NCBI GenBank assembly: GCA_029210565.1
Contig: JARGFQ010000017.1
Span: 2,798-66,797 of the forward strand
From: Bacteroidales bacterium
GTDB lineage: Bacteria > Bacteroidota > Bacteroidia > Bacteroidales > VadinHA17
Direction: 5' to 3'
Length of the DNA stretch: 64,000 bases
In this document: positions 1 through 9,054 of the stretch, piece after piece
Numbering within the stretch: position 1 is the first letter of the stretch
Layout: every line of letters starts with the position of its first letter
Notes under the pieces: generated by a model
Database searches by the model: none
Told to the model about the DNA's origin: nothing
The model's input: the letters and a program-made list of their open reading frames with translations, nothing else
Translations under genes and position numbers: made by a program

Positions 1-108
1 TGAAGTACTAAATGTACCAAAAAAACTCTGCAGAATTCTTTACAAAAACCAACATTAGAGTAAACGGAAATCCCTGGCTGATCCAGCTCTTCCTGGCAAA
101 AGGATTTT

Positions 109-438
109 TTACATGTTTATAACACCGGTTTGCACCAGGTATTTCACAGTCTTGCCGGTTTCGACCGCATAATTGATCTCCCTTCGGGTTGATTCACCGA
201 CATAACCGCCTGGGTTGATGACAAATATCTCGTCGGCCAGATCAATTTTGCGGAGATGCATGTCGTCAAGCATTTTCTTATTGTCATTTTCATATACTTC
301 AGGATCTCCGGAATGGCCAAAGAGACCGACACTGATTACAATGTTCCCTTCGAGCGTCAGGCGCTTCTCTTCAGCAATGTATTGCTCTTTGAACCGTGTA
401 CTGCCGCAGAGGGTGATGATCTTATATTTACCTATCAT
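109..438 (-). CDS. Small nucleoside 2-deoxyribosyltransferase-like superfamily protein (function unknown)
   Basis: 109-aa ORF. KIITLCGSTRF near the N-terminus and GGYVGESTRREINYA near the C-terminus fit my recollection of the NDT-like Rossmann-type fold (not searched). Its ATG overlaps the Fic stop codon as ATGA (435-438). Confidence 0.5.
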   Translation of the reverse strand: MIGKYKIITLCGSTRFKEQYIAEEKRLTLEGNIVISVGLFGHSGDPEVYENDNKKMLDDMHLRKIDLADEIFVINPGGYVGESTRREINYAVETGKTVKYLVQTGVINM

Positions 439-1559
439 ATGATGTCATTTTTGTAAAGGAGATAGCTGGTACTTCGTCCTCCGGAGGGATTCTTCCCCAG
501 GATACTCTTATTCAGCAGGTCCTGGATGTCCCTGAGTGCCGTGTCCTGGGAACATTTGGCAATCTTGGCCCATTTTGAGGTTGTCAGGTTTCCTTCGAAG
601 TCGTCCAATAATTTGTTTATCATGAGTCGCTGCCTGTCGTTCAGAGCCACAGGCGCCAATTTTGCCAGGAACCAGTGCTTATCCAGGACTTTTGACAGGA
701 TTACTTCGGAAGACCGAAGCGCACCCTCCAGGCACTTTAAATACCAGGTCATCCATTCAGTGATATCAAGAGACCCTTTTTGTGTCTTTTCCAGAATATC
801 GTAATATTTTTTTCTGCCGGCTCTGATCTGTGCTGACATGCTGTAGAAACGGCGTGGTGAATTGTCAGATCTTGTCAGCAGCATTTCTGACAGGGCACGT
901 GCTATCCTGCCGTTTCCGTCTTCAAAGGGATGTATTGATATAAACCAGATGTGAGCTATTGCAGATTTGATAATCAGGTCTTCTTCCGTTTTCCTGTTAA
1001 ACCATTCAAGAAATGCCTTCATATCTTTATCAACATCAGCTGCAGGCAGCGCCTGGTAATGGACTCTTTCTTTTCCAAGGGCTCCTGATACAACCTGCAT
1101 TGGTCCGGTCGAGTCATCACGCCAGTTACCCACGACTATCCTGTACATACCGCTCCATCCTGAAGGGAAGAGAGCGGAATGCCAGCCGAACAACCGGTCG
1201 GCTGTCATAGGATTTTGATATTTCTGGGTGGCATCGAGCATCATTTCCACTATTCCATCAACATTCCTGTCGTACGGCATGAGACCTGGGATCTCTATTC
1301 CCAGCCTTACTGCTATTGAAGACCTTACCTGATCAAGGTTCAGAATCTGGCCTTCGATTTCAGAGGTTTTAGTTACCTCGAGGGCCAGTGTTTCAAGGAC
1401 AGCCTCATTCCTCAGCCGAAATCCCAGGGCTTCCATTTTCCCTGTCAGTTTACCCTGCAGGTGCCTTACAGCAGCCAAAGGCTGAATAATGGTATTATTG
1501 TCCCATCTGAAAGCCGGCCAGTCTGTTTGCTGATAGATGTATTTTTTCATTCTACGCAA
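435..1559 (-). CDS. Fic family protein (AMPylase/adenylyltransferase-type), class with internal inhibitory helix
   Basis: Canonical Fic motif HPFEDGNGRIARAL (HxFx[DE]GNGRxxR). N-terminal WPAFRWD segment is DUF4172-like. TSEIEG matches the [ST]xxxE[GN] auto-inhibition motif. C-terminal tail looks like a winged helix. Confidence 0.9.
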   Translation of the reverse strand: MRRMKKYIYQQTDWPAFRWDNNTIIQPLAAVRHLQGKLTGKMEALGFRLRNEAVLETLALEVTKTSEIEGQILNLDQVRSSIAVRLGIEIPGLMPYDRNVDGIVEMMLDATQKYQNPMTADRLFGWHSALFPSGWSGMYRIVVGNWRDDSTGPMQVVSGALGKERVHYQALPAADVDKDMKAFLEWFNRKTEEDLIIKSAIAHIWFISIHPFEDGNGRIARALSEMLLTRSDNSPRRFYSMSAQIRAGRKKYYDILEKTQKGSLDITEWMTWYLKCLEGALRSSEVILSKVLDKHWFLAKLAPVALNDRQRLMINKLLDDFEGNLTTSKWAKIAKCSQDTALRDIQDLLNKSILGKNPSGGRSTSYLLYKNDII

Positions 1560-1622
1560 TATATGCGGTAAATATAAGATTTAATCTCCGCAAAACCAAA
1601 ATAATAACCGCATATTATGCGG
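1555..1622. promoter_or_regulatory. Two related palindromes upstream of the Fic gene (candidate operator pair)
   Basis: CGCAATATATGCG at 1555-1567 abuts the Fic start codon. The perfect palindrome CCGCATAtTATGCGG lies at 1608-1622. Both sit in the 127-nt spacer between the helicase stop and the Fic start. Confidence 0.3.
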
Positions 1623-1686
1623 ATAATATTGACATAATTACCGGAGGGGGCGACTCAACACGAATGTGGTTTAGATGCAGATTTTG

Positions 1687-4600
1687 TTATCTGTTCCTCT
1701 CAAAGAACAGTTCAGGCAGAATAATCTTTGCCTCCTGTCCGGTTTCTTCTTTCGTCCAGTGTACTATGAAATTCACTTTGGCGCTTTTCAGGTCGTAGCC
1801 TTTGTCTTTCAGCTCTGACAGTTGCTTCTTTAACTGCTGTGAGTATTTCAACACGGATTGCCCTTCGGAGTTTAAACACTCTTCTCCGTTTGCGATCAAT
1901 GAGTCTCCGCCAGTAAGTTTGTTGACCAAATGCTGTCTGTTTATAAAATAGTCGAGCCATACATCCCTGAATCCCGGTTGCATAGCCACTTCTGCCGCCG
2001 GCGAATGGATCTCCCTGTTTAGGACCTTCTCCATATTACCAGCAGACAGGGTGTCGAGTAAATCCGAATTGAGATGTATGGTCAGGTTCCGCTTTGCCCT
2101 TGTCATGGCAACGTACAGAAGCCGTTTGGCTTCGTCAGTTGCCGGGTTAAAATCTTCGAGCATCAGGAACACATTGTCAAACTCTTTCCCCTTTGCCTTG
2201 TGAATAGTGGAAACGAGGATTGTCTCCCCATTCTCACCATAGAAATCTTCCAGCTTCGATTCCCGGATGAAGATCTCCAGATCTGACTTGTACTTCATCT
2301 TTGGGTTGGCAGTCTCAAAATCCCTGATGAGATTCCTGCACAATTCATATTTAGTGCTGCGGCGGCATCTCTCTGCCAGTGCACGCTTTGCATTTTCCCA
2401 GGCTTCATCGGTGATATTAACAATGTTGCCGGCAATGCCCTGCTGGCTCAAAAAGTACCTGATCTCATCGAGATTGAACAGATTGAATCCGTCGTTACTT
2501 TGGATCAGTTTGGCTGGCATCCCGTTTCTCAGTAGGAGTCCTGTAATCTGCAATGCTTCGTCATTGGTTCTGGTGAGTGCACAGGTGGTTCCTGAAAGTT
2601 CGGTTTCGAGCAGATCCTGCACGAACGGAACGATCAGATTTCCGTTATCATGACGAACCAGTTTTATTTTTCCGTTGTCAGGTTGCCGGGCAACAATGGG
2701 TGTACTTTTTAACCTGTGACTTATCCCAGTCACGAATTGATTGGTGAAAGCAACGAGGTTGCTCTTGCTCCTGAAGTTATCAATCAGCTCATATCTGGCT
2801 GCCTGATGCACCCTGATAAACTGCTCAAGGAATCTTGAACTTGATCCCCTGAACTCAAAGATATTCTGATCGTCATCCCCAACGGCAATCACTCTCATCT
2901 CTTCATTATGCTCTATCAGCGCCGCTATCAGGCTGAACTCATCCTCGTCCATGTCCTGTGCCTCGTCAATTACCAGGACTGTCTTCGTGATACGGCTGGC
3001 CTCGACCTCCTTGTTTTTTATCTTCTCAACGGTTTTCTTCAGGATATCATCGGACTTCTCAAGGTTGCCAACCTTTCCCAGAAGATCAAAACAATACGAA
3101 TGGAATGTTTTTATCTCAATGAAGTTGGCTGCGTTGCCAACGAGACTGATCAGCCGCTTCTTGAATTCCGTAGCTGCCGCTCTTGAGAAAGTAAGCATCA
3201 GCAGCTGTTCATGCTTGACATCTTCCATCAGCAGGAGGGAGGCAAGCTTGTGAACCAGCAACCTGGTCTTACCGCTGCCCGGTCCTGCTGCAACGACAAT
3301 GTTTTGTGCAACATTGTCTTTAATAATGTTCAACTGTGCGGGGGAGAGCTCACCAAACAATTGCCGGAACTTTGCGGGCGTCAGGCTGCGTGCCATATCA
3401 TCCTGCCTGCCCCTGAAATATTTGTGAAGGAAAGACGGGTAGTTCAACCGGAAATAGTCTTCAACAAACTGCAGGGCATCCCTGTAATCACTGAGCATTT
3501 TCCTGGCATACTCTCCGACTATATGAATCTGCTGGACCTTGTTCTCATAAAACCGGTTCAGACTATGATAATCCTCAACTGTGTACCTCTTCCTATTGTC
3601 CTGTTCAAGTCTTTCAACCGTCAGGCTGTTGTATACAACCAAAAAGCCACCTTCAATCTTGATTGCGTCAATCCTTGACAGCCAGAAAAGAGTGTCTTCA
3701 ATCTCTTCTAGCGATACCTCAGTCTGGAAAAGTCCCTGCTGCCGCCCGTATTCCGTTTTCAGTTCCAGAACCGAAAACTCGGCCAGCACCTCTTCCTTCC
3801 CGACATCCTCTTCAGACAGATCGCGGTTACTCTTTTCATAGAGAAATTCAACTACGAACCTTGCCAGGTCAGAGCGCTTTCTTACTCGTTCAATCAGCAT
3901 TTCCCGCGGATGAAGGCTGACAATTGAAACATGATTTTTCGAAAACTCCAGGTTCTTGCGCTTAATCCAGTTTTTGATTGCCCAGAAGTTGATGACGGTT
4001 TTGATCCTGCTGACATTTGACCCATCGCAGCCCTGTGCCTCAGCCGCCTCGTTTAACTCCTTGAGCTGAAACGTTTTCTCCTGTTCGTCAATAGCCTGAA
4101 CCAAGCATTGTTCAATCTTGCTGAACGACTCGACGATGTTAAGGGACCTGTTCCTGTATTCCCCTCTCCTTATGAATGCTGTCAGATCCTTTGCGTCAGC
4201 CAGTATCTTCTCCTCGCGAAGGAGGTTGACAATATTTATCACCTCCTCCTTCACTATCCCGAGATGATCACTGATGTAATCGATTCTTGATTCAGCAGCT
4301 TCGCCGGTAGCATGCTTCCTGCTTTTGCTAGAAAAGAGTTTTCTGATAATTCTGACTGCTTGCTGCTTCTGCCTCTCATTAAACCTTGACGATGCATATA
4401 TTTTTTCAATGGCTTCCTGCGCATTCCGCGAAAGGATACTGTTGGCAAAAATGCGAGGCATGTTCTGTCCGCGTTTGAGATAGCCGGCATCTTCCAGTGC
4501 GGCAATCGCGGTCTTAACCCTTGTTTCAATCTCGTAGACACTGTCGTCCCATCCTGCCTTCCGGGCAATCTCCAGGGCAGAGTTGGATACCGACGAGCGG

Positions 4601-6525
4601 AACCTGGTGATCTCCTTTATAGCTTTCCATACCTGCTGTATCTCCTTGATTGAAAGCTTGGTCTGATTCAGAAGGATGAAGTGTTTGTTCAGGTCTTCCT
4701 CGTTATAAAGGACGAAACAATCAGCTACTATGTTTTCATCCCGGCCTGCCCTGCCTGCTTCCTGTATGTAGTTCTCGAGAGAGTCGGATATCTCATAGTG
4801 CACCACCATGCCCACATCCTTTTTGTCGACACCCATTCCGAAGGCAGAGGTAGCAACCATGACTGAAACATCACCTGAGATGAAAGCTTCCTGGTTGGCT
4901 GTTTTTTCATTCACATCCATCCGGCCATGGTATGGTTTGGAATTCAAACCATCTTTGGTCAGCCGTTCTGCCAGCTGGTATGCCTTTCGCGTCCTTGAGA
5001 CATATATGATGGCCGGACAATTCCTCTCTTCAATCAGAGCCCTCAACGCCTGATACTTTTCTTCTTCGTTTCCTTTTTCAAAAACCTTATACTGGAGGTT
5101 TGTCCTGGATACTTTTGATTCAAAAACTACGAGATCAAGTGAGAGCTTTTCGCTGAAGTAGTTGCGGATATCATCAATAACCTGAGGCTTTGCCGTTGCC
5201 GTGAAGCATGATACCGGAATTTCTTCCGTGAGGTTTTTTTTCTCCTGAATGGACCTGATGAAATCAGCAATATACAGATAGTCGACCCTGAAATCCTGTC
5301 CCCATGCCGATAGACAATGCGCCTCATCGACAACAAAACGGACGATCTTTCTTCCAAGGAGAAGTCGTTCTATTGTACGGGAGCGCAGCGATTCGGGTGC
5401 GATGTAGAGAAGAGAGGCTGAGCCATCCTCGACCCTCTCAAAGGATTTTGCCCTTTCAATCGGGTCGAGCAAACCGTTAATCGTAACTGCGCGTGTGATA
5501 CCGGCTTTATCCAGGTTGTCCACCTGGTCTTTCATCAGTGATTGCAGGGGAGAGATAACCACTGTCAGTCCCTGTGCATTGTCGCCGCTCATCAGGGCAG
5601 GTACCTGGAATGCAAGCGACTTCCCGCCACCGGTGGGAAACACCGCGAGAAGGGACTTATTGTCAAGCGCAGCCCTTACAGCCTTCTCCTGCAGTGGTTC
5701 ACCTCCGAAAGTTTTATACGAATCAAAGCCGAAATATCTTTTCAGCCCCCTGTGTACATCCAAAGCATTGTTGCAATAGGTGCAGCCGCTTAAACAGGGT
5801 CTGTTTCGCAAGCGGAACATTATCTGTTCGACTTCAGGGTAGTTTTTCATGACCCATGGCGGAGTGACAGATCTTTTTTCGGGGTGACGGATGAAAGAGT
5901 CAATGAGAGAAAGACAATAAGCAAGTGCAACCGGTTGTGTTTCAATTACTCCTGCGAGGTCAGCCTGTTCGCACATTTCAGTTTCAAATTTCCTCCGAAT
6001 CAGTTTTTCAGGATCTGTCTCAGCACTTTTATATCCGATGAATCGAAAAAAGGCTTGAAACTCCGGTTTGTTATTTAGCAGGAGACAGAAGATCTGTTTA
6101 AGGGTTTCATTAGTCTGTTTGAAATGGGTAACCTCGTTATAGAACAGATCTCTGGCCTTGATGGAATCATTCAGGGGGTTGTTGGTGTCATCCGATTGCA
6201 GCTTATCGTCTTTCAGAAGTGCATGATAAGGCTTTGAAGGGAAGAGCAAAGGTGAAAGAAAGAGAGTGTCAATGATGTTTGAAGATTCTATTCCCGCTTC
6301 GGCCAATGTCTTGCCGATATATTTAATGTCGTGTTTTAGAATGTTATGTCCGCATACGAATTTTGTGCCGGCAAGAAAACTGATGAACTCCGTCACAGAG
6401 CCTTTATGGAAGGTGCCGCCATCGCCTCTGATACTTCCGATGTCAATTATCTTCAGGCTTTTTGGGTCAATTTCTGTGTCAACGAATGCAACAGGAATCA
6501 TTTCTTGCGGATATTCTTTTATCAT
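1687..6525 (-). CDS. Triple-fusion DEDDh exonuclease + RecQ (SF2) helicase + UvrD/PcrA-type (SF1) helicase, 1612 aa
   Basis: Exonuclease: FVDTEID and GHNILKHDIKY. RecQ: PTGGGKSLAFQVPAL, VVDEAHCLSAWGQDFRVDY, TSAFGMGVDKKDV, QEAGRAGRD. UvrD: AAGPGSGKT, VLVIDEAQDMDEDEF, TIHKAKGKEFDNVFL, LYVAMTRAKRNL. All lie in one uninterrupted frame. Confidence 0.9.
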   Translation of the reverse strand: MIKEYPQEMIPVAFVDTEIDPKSLKIIDIGSIRGDGGTFHKGSVTEFISFLAGTKFVCGHNILKHDIKYIGKTLAEAGIESSNIIDTLFLSPLLFPSKPYHALLKDDKLQSDDTNNPLNDSIKARDLFYNEVTHFKQTNETLKQIFCLLLNNKPEFQAFFRFIGYKSAETDPEKLIRRKFETEMCEQADLAGVIETQPVALAYCLSLIDSFIRHPEKRSVTPPWVMKNYPEVEQIMFRLRNRPCLSGCTYCNNALDVHRGLKRYFGFDSYKTFGGEPLQEKAVRAALDNKSLLAVFPTGGGKSLAFQVPALMSGDNAQGLTVVISPLQSLMKDQVDNLDKAGITRAVTINGLLDPIERAKSFERVEDGSASLLYIAPESLRSRTIERLLLGRKIVRFVVDEAHCLSAWGQDFRVDYLYIADFIRSIQEKKNLTEEIPVSCFTATAKPQVIDDIRNYFSEKLSLDLVVFESKVSRTNLQYKVFEKGNEEEKYQALRALIEERNCPAIIYVSRTRKAYQLAERLTKDGLNSKPYHGRMDVNEKTANQEAFISGDVSVMVATSAFGMGVDKKDVGMVVHYEISDSLENYIQEAGRAGRDENIVADCFVLYNEEDLNKHFILLNQTKLSIKEIQQVWKAIKEITRFRSSVSNSALEIARKAGWDDSVYEIETRVKTAIAALEDAGYLKRGQNMPRIFANSILSRNAQEAIEKIYASSRFNERQKQQAVRIIRKLFSSKSRKHATGEAAESRIDYISDHLGIVKEEVINIVNLLREEKILADAKDLTAFIRRGEYRNRSLNIVESFSKIEQCLVQAIDEQEKTFQLKELNEAAEAQGCDGSNVSRIKTVINFWAIKNWIKRKNLEFSKNHVSIVSLHPREMLIERVRKRSDLARFVVEFLYEKSNRDLSEEDVGKEEVLAEFSVLELKTEYGRQQGLFQTEVSLEEIEDTLFWLSRIDAIKIEGGFLVVYNSLTVERLEQDNRKRYTVEDYHSLNRFYENKVQQIHIVGEYARKMLSDYRDALQFVEDYFRLNYPSFLHKYFRGRQDDMARSLTPAKFRQLFGELSPAQLNIIKDNVAQNIVVAAGPGSGKTRLLVHKLASLLLMEDVKHEQLLMLTFSRAAATEFKKRLISLVGNAANFIEIKTFHSYCFDLLGKVGNLEKSDDILKKTVEKIKNKEVEASRITKTVLVIDEAQDMDEDEFSLIAALIEHNEEMRVIAVGDDDQNIFEFRGSSSRFLEQFIRVHQAARYELIDNFRSKSNLVAFTNQFVTGISHRLKSTPIVARQPDNGKIKLVRHDNGNLIVPFVQDLLETELSGTTCALTRTNDEALQITGLLLRNGMPAKLIQSNDGFNLFNLDEIRYFLSQQGIAGNIVNITDEAWENAKRALAERCRRSTKYELCRNLIRDFETANPKMKYKSDLEIFIRESKLEDFYGENGETILVSTIHKAKGKEFDNVFLMLEDFNPATDEAKRLLYVAMTRAKRNLTIHLNSDLLDTLSAGNMEKVLNREIHSPAAEVAMQPGFRDVWLDYFINRQHLVNKLTGGDSLIANGEECLNSEGQSVLKYSQQLKKQLSELKDKGYDLKSAKVNFIVHWTKEETGQEAKIILPELFFERNR

Positions 6526-6841
6526 TTAGAAAGATACGGATGTGCAGTTATTAATACAAACCTTCCTGTTATTGTTTTTATTATGTGACAGAAGCCGGTT
6601 TGTGTTGTTGTACGGCATGTTCAGATCAGAGGATGATAAATGAATTCCTCCGGATTATTCGCTCACAAGTTTTAAAACAATATCTTTGCAGTATTGCATC
6701 AGGAACCCTTTAATGGGTACCAACCGAGTTGACACCACGGTGGTAAAGCGATGCGGGCAGTCTGCCAAAAATGTTAAAACCAAAGACTTCCGGATTGCAC
6801 TGATGCTAAGATTAGTGTTTAACCAATTAACTATTTGTATT

Positions 6842-7132
6842 ATGGAGAATGAGATCAGAGCAAACTCAGAGCCGGAGACCGTAAATGAAGAGGCGGTTTC
6901 CTTTTATAACACACTGAGAATGGTAAAGCCGACAACCTACAATCAATCCATGGCTGAAGGAGAGCTAAGGATGTACGTAAAAAGACAGGTCATTGAGACA
7001 TGGGAAAAGCTTCTTTACTGGCAGTCAGTATACCTTGAAGAGGTCAGGAAGGGCGAAGGGACCATGGGCCACAAAGTTGGCAGCATAAGAAACCAGCAGA
7101 TTGGGCTTCTGAATCTGTTCAAAAGACTGTGA
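6842..7132 (+). CDS. Hypothetical small protein (96 aa from MENEIRAN)
   Basis: Open frame divergent from the helicase gene with no recognisable motif. The longer 6686 start adds an implausible N-terminus. Confidence 0.35.
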   Translation: MENEIRANSEPETVNEEAVSFYNTLRMVKPTTYNQSMAEGELRMYVKRQVIETWEKLLYWQSVYLEEVRKGEGTMGHKVGSIRNQQIGLLNLFKRL

Positions 7133-7389
7133 TTGAGATCCCTGTTTGGTCCGTCAAATACCTGAAGCTTTAATGCTATGGCAATCCATCCCTTGGACTC
7201 TGAAACGAAAAGTCACTCAGTGATAAAAACCAGTACAGGAATGGTGATCAGCTGGAAATGTGCGCCCTTCTACCTCGTATCCTCCATACTGTGGAGGGGC
7301 TCTATACGATATATAATGAGGTTTTAGGATAAGCCTGGATATCCAATAAATTAGAATTGCCCTAAGGTAATTCTGCCCTATATGGTGGG

Positions 7390-7543
7390 TTACCCGATTA
7401 ATTTTTCAATGGTGGACTTTAATTTGGGCAGATGAGCGGGTAGTATAGCCTTACAGGTCATCGGGACCTGTTTCAAAGAAAAGATAAATTTCATCTATGG
7501 CTATTTTGATGTCATAGAGACACTTAAGCACTTTCTCGCTCAT
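7390..7543 (-). pseudogene. HepT (DUF86) toxin remnant, internally deleted and frameshifted
   Basis: The minus strand from 7543 reads MSEKVLKCLYDIKIAIDEIYLFFETGPDDL then stops at 7451-7453. A second frame reads AILPAHLPKLKSTIEKLIG then stops at 7390-7392. These look like the N- and C-termini of a DUF86 protein with the HEPN core missing. The start overlaps the MNT gene by 20 nt, as in intact MNT-HepT pairs. Confidence 0.55.
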
Positions 7544-7835
7544 AGACCAGCTTTTTCTCTCTATCAAGAACTTTTCTGAAGATTGGATTTCTGACAGCCT
7601 GGTTTTCGACCAGGGCCACTGGCCTTTTCAATAAAGCTTCCAGCTTTTCTTTGAAATCCATATAGTTATTAAAGTACTCCTGAATGTCTACCAGCCTGAA
7701 TTCAACCAGAAAATCAATATCGCTTTCATCATTAAACTTATCCGTCAGCACAGATCCGAATAAATAGAGTTCCCTGACCTTGTGGCGTTTACAGAGTTTG
7801 ATGATTTGATCGGTATTTCTCTCTATGATATTCAT
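7524..7835 (-). CDS. Nucleotidyltransferase-domain protein (MNT-type antitoxin)
   Basis: 103 aa carrying LFGSVLTDKFNDESDIDFLVEF, the GS...DxD minimal nucleotidyltransferase signature. Confidence 0.85.
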   Translation of the reverse strand: MNIIERNTDQIIKLCKRHKVRELYLFGSVLTDKFNDESDIDFLVEFRLVDIQEYFNNYMDFKEKLEALLKRPVALVENQAVRNPIFRKVLDREKKLVYERESA

Positions 7836-7952
7836 GTAACAAAGATAAGAAACTTCATCGATAGGGAATTCTACTTTTCATTACACCCAACTCATTTATA
7901 AATTCTCATGGATTGATCAAAAAAATTATTTATGAATGCATTATTTCATTGA

Positions 7953-8864
7953 TCAATACTGCTTTGAGAACAGGGTGTTGTGGATCAGATCAGTGTTGCG
8001 CGTGAGACTGAACCCTATCAGCCGGTCAGTTTCAACCAAGTTAAGAGTTCCGGCTCCGGGATGGGCCTCTTCAACCTTACGGCCGGCATCGGCGAACTCG
8101 TCAAGGGCTTCGAGAGTCTTGAAGTACGCTTCGTGCATGCCGGTCTGCTTCTTGTCAACGCCGGGAAGGGAGAGGGTGAATGCGGCATCGCGGAGCATCG
8201 GGAAATAATACCGGTAAGATTCTTCATTACCGAAGAGGTCGGCCGAGATCACCTTCCCGTCAAGAAGCACGGCCAGACCGTTGCAGCCTTCCGCGGGATT
8301 GCATTCCGGGAAGGTCCGCTCTGCCTTTGCCAGCCTGTGGTGAAGCAGCTCTTCGTAACTCTCGGTCTGACTCCTTAAACCCTCGCATACCAGGCTGGCC
8401 CTGACATGATCCCAGACCTCGCCCTGGGTGCTATGGAAATCCATCTCATGCTCAGGTTTCTTTCTGGAGAAGGTCCCGGCCTTCCTGCTCCGAAGTTCGG
8501 GATCAGCCACCGATCCGGGTGTGCTGAACGAGGTCGACCTGTAGTTCCAGCGGAGCCGTTCCACGCAGGAGACCTCGATGACGGTCTTGCCCGAAGGGGC
8601 CAGCAGGACCGACCGGTTGACAACCCTGTTCTGCTTGGCGCCGGTGAGAACGTCGGCATCGGTGAGGAGGAGGTAATCAGCCGTGTTGTTGAGGGCAGTC
8701 AGATGACCGACGGAACCCGTGGCCGTCAACTCGGAGATGATAAGTCCGCCGCTCATGATGGCCGGTCCTGCCGGTTTGAACGGGAATGATGTGAGAGGCT
8801 CGCTGCTGACCTGCACGAGGGCTGCATTACCGAAAGCTGTGAAATGGATCGCTTTTGTGTTCAT
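7953..8864 (-). CDS. DUF6569 / ARPP-1-like family protein
   Basis: 303 aa. LLLTDADVLTGAKQNRVVNRSVLL and EVSCVERLRW match my recollection of the GAKQNR...VSCVE.GRW core of this family (not searched). Confidence 0.55.
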   Translation of the reverse strand: MNTKAIHFTAFGNAALVQVSSEPLTSFPFKPAGPAIMSGGLIISELTATGSVGHLTALNNTADYLLLTDADVLTGAKQNRVVNRSVLLAPSGKTVIEVSCVERLRWNYRSTSFSTPGSVADPELRSRKAGTFSRKKPEHEMDFHSTQGEVWDHVRASLVCEGLRSQTESYEELLHHRLAKAERTFPECNPAEGCNGLAVLLDGKVISADLFGNEESYRYYFPMLRDAAFTLSLPGVDKKQTGMHEAYFKTLEALDEFADAGRKVEEAHPGAGTLNLVETDRLIGFSLTRNTDLIHNTLFSKQY

Positions 8865-8908
8865 GGTTTCATTCAGTTTTTAAATAGTTATTTAATTGGT
8901 CGAATGGT

Positions 8909-8963
8909 ACTTGCATGAAATTTATTTTTCAGATTCTTTCTATGGTATCATGCTCATGCAAGT
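8909..8963. promoter_or_regulatory. 10-bp inverted repeat in the divergent ARPP-1/HTH intergenic region
   Basis: ACTTGCATGA (8909-8918) and TCATGCAAGT (8954-8963) are perfect reverse complements separated by 35 nt. Confidence 0.25.
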
Positions 8964-9054
8964 TTCCTAACTCGTTTTTAATTGTTATTTTTAGACTTTG
9001 AGGCAAAGAAAAACCACCACATTGCACCCTATCTGCAATTAGAAATTAATTATC

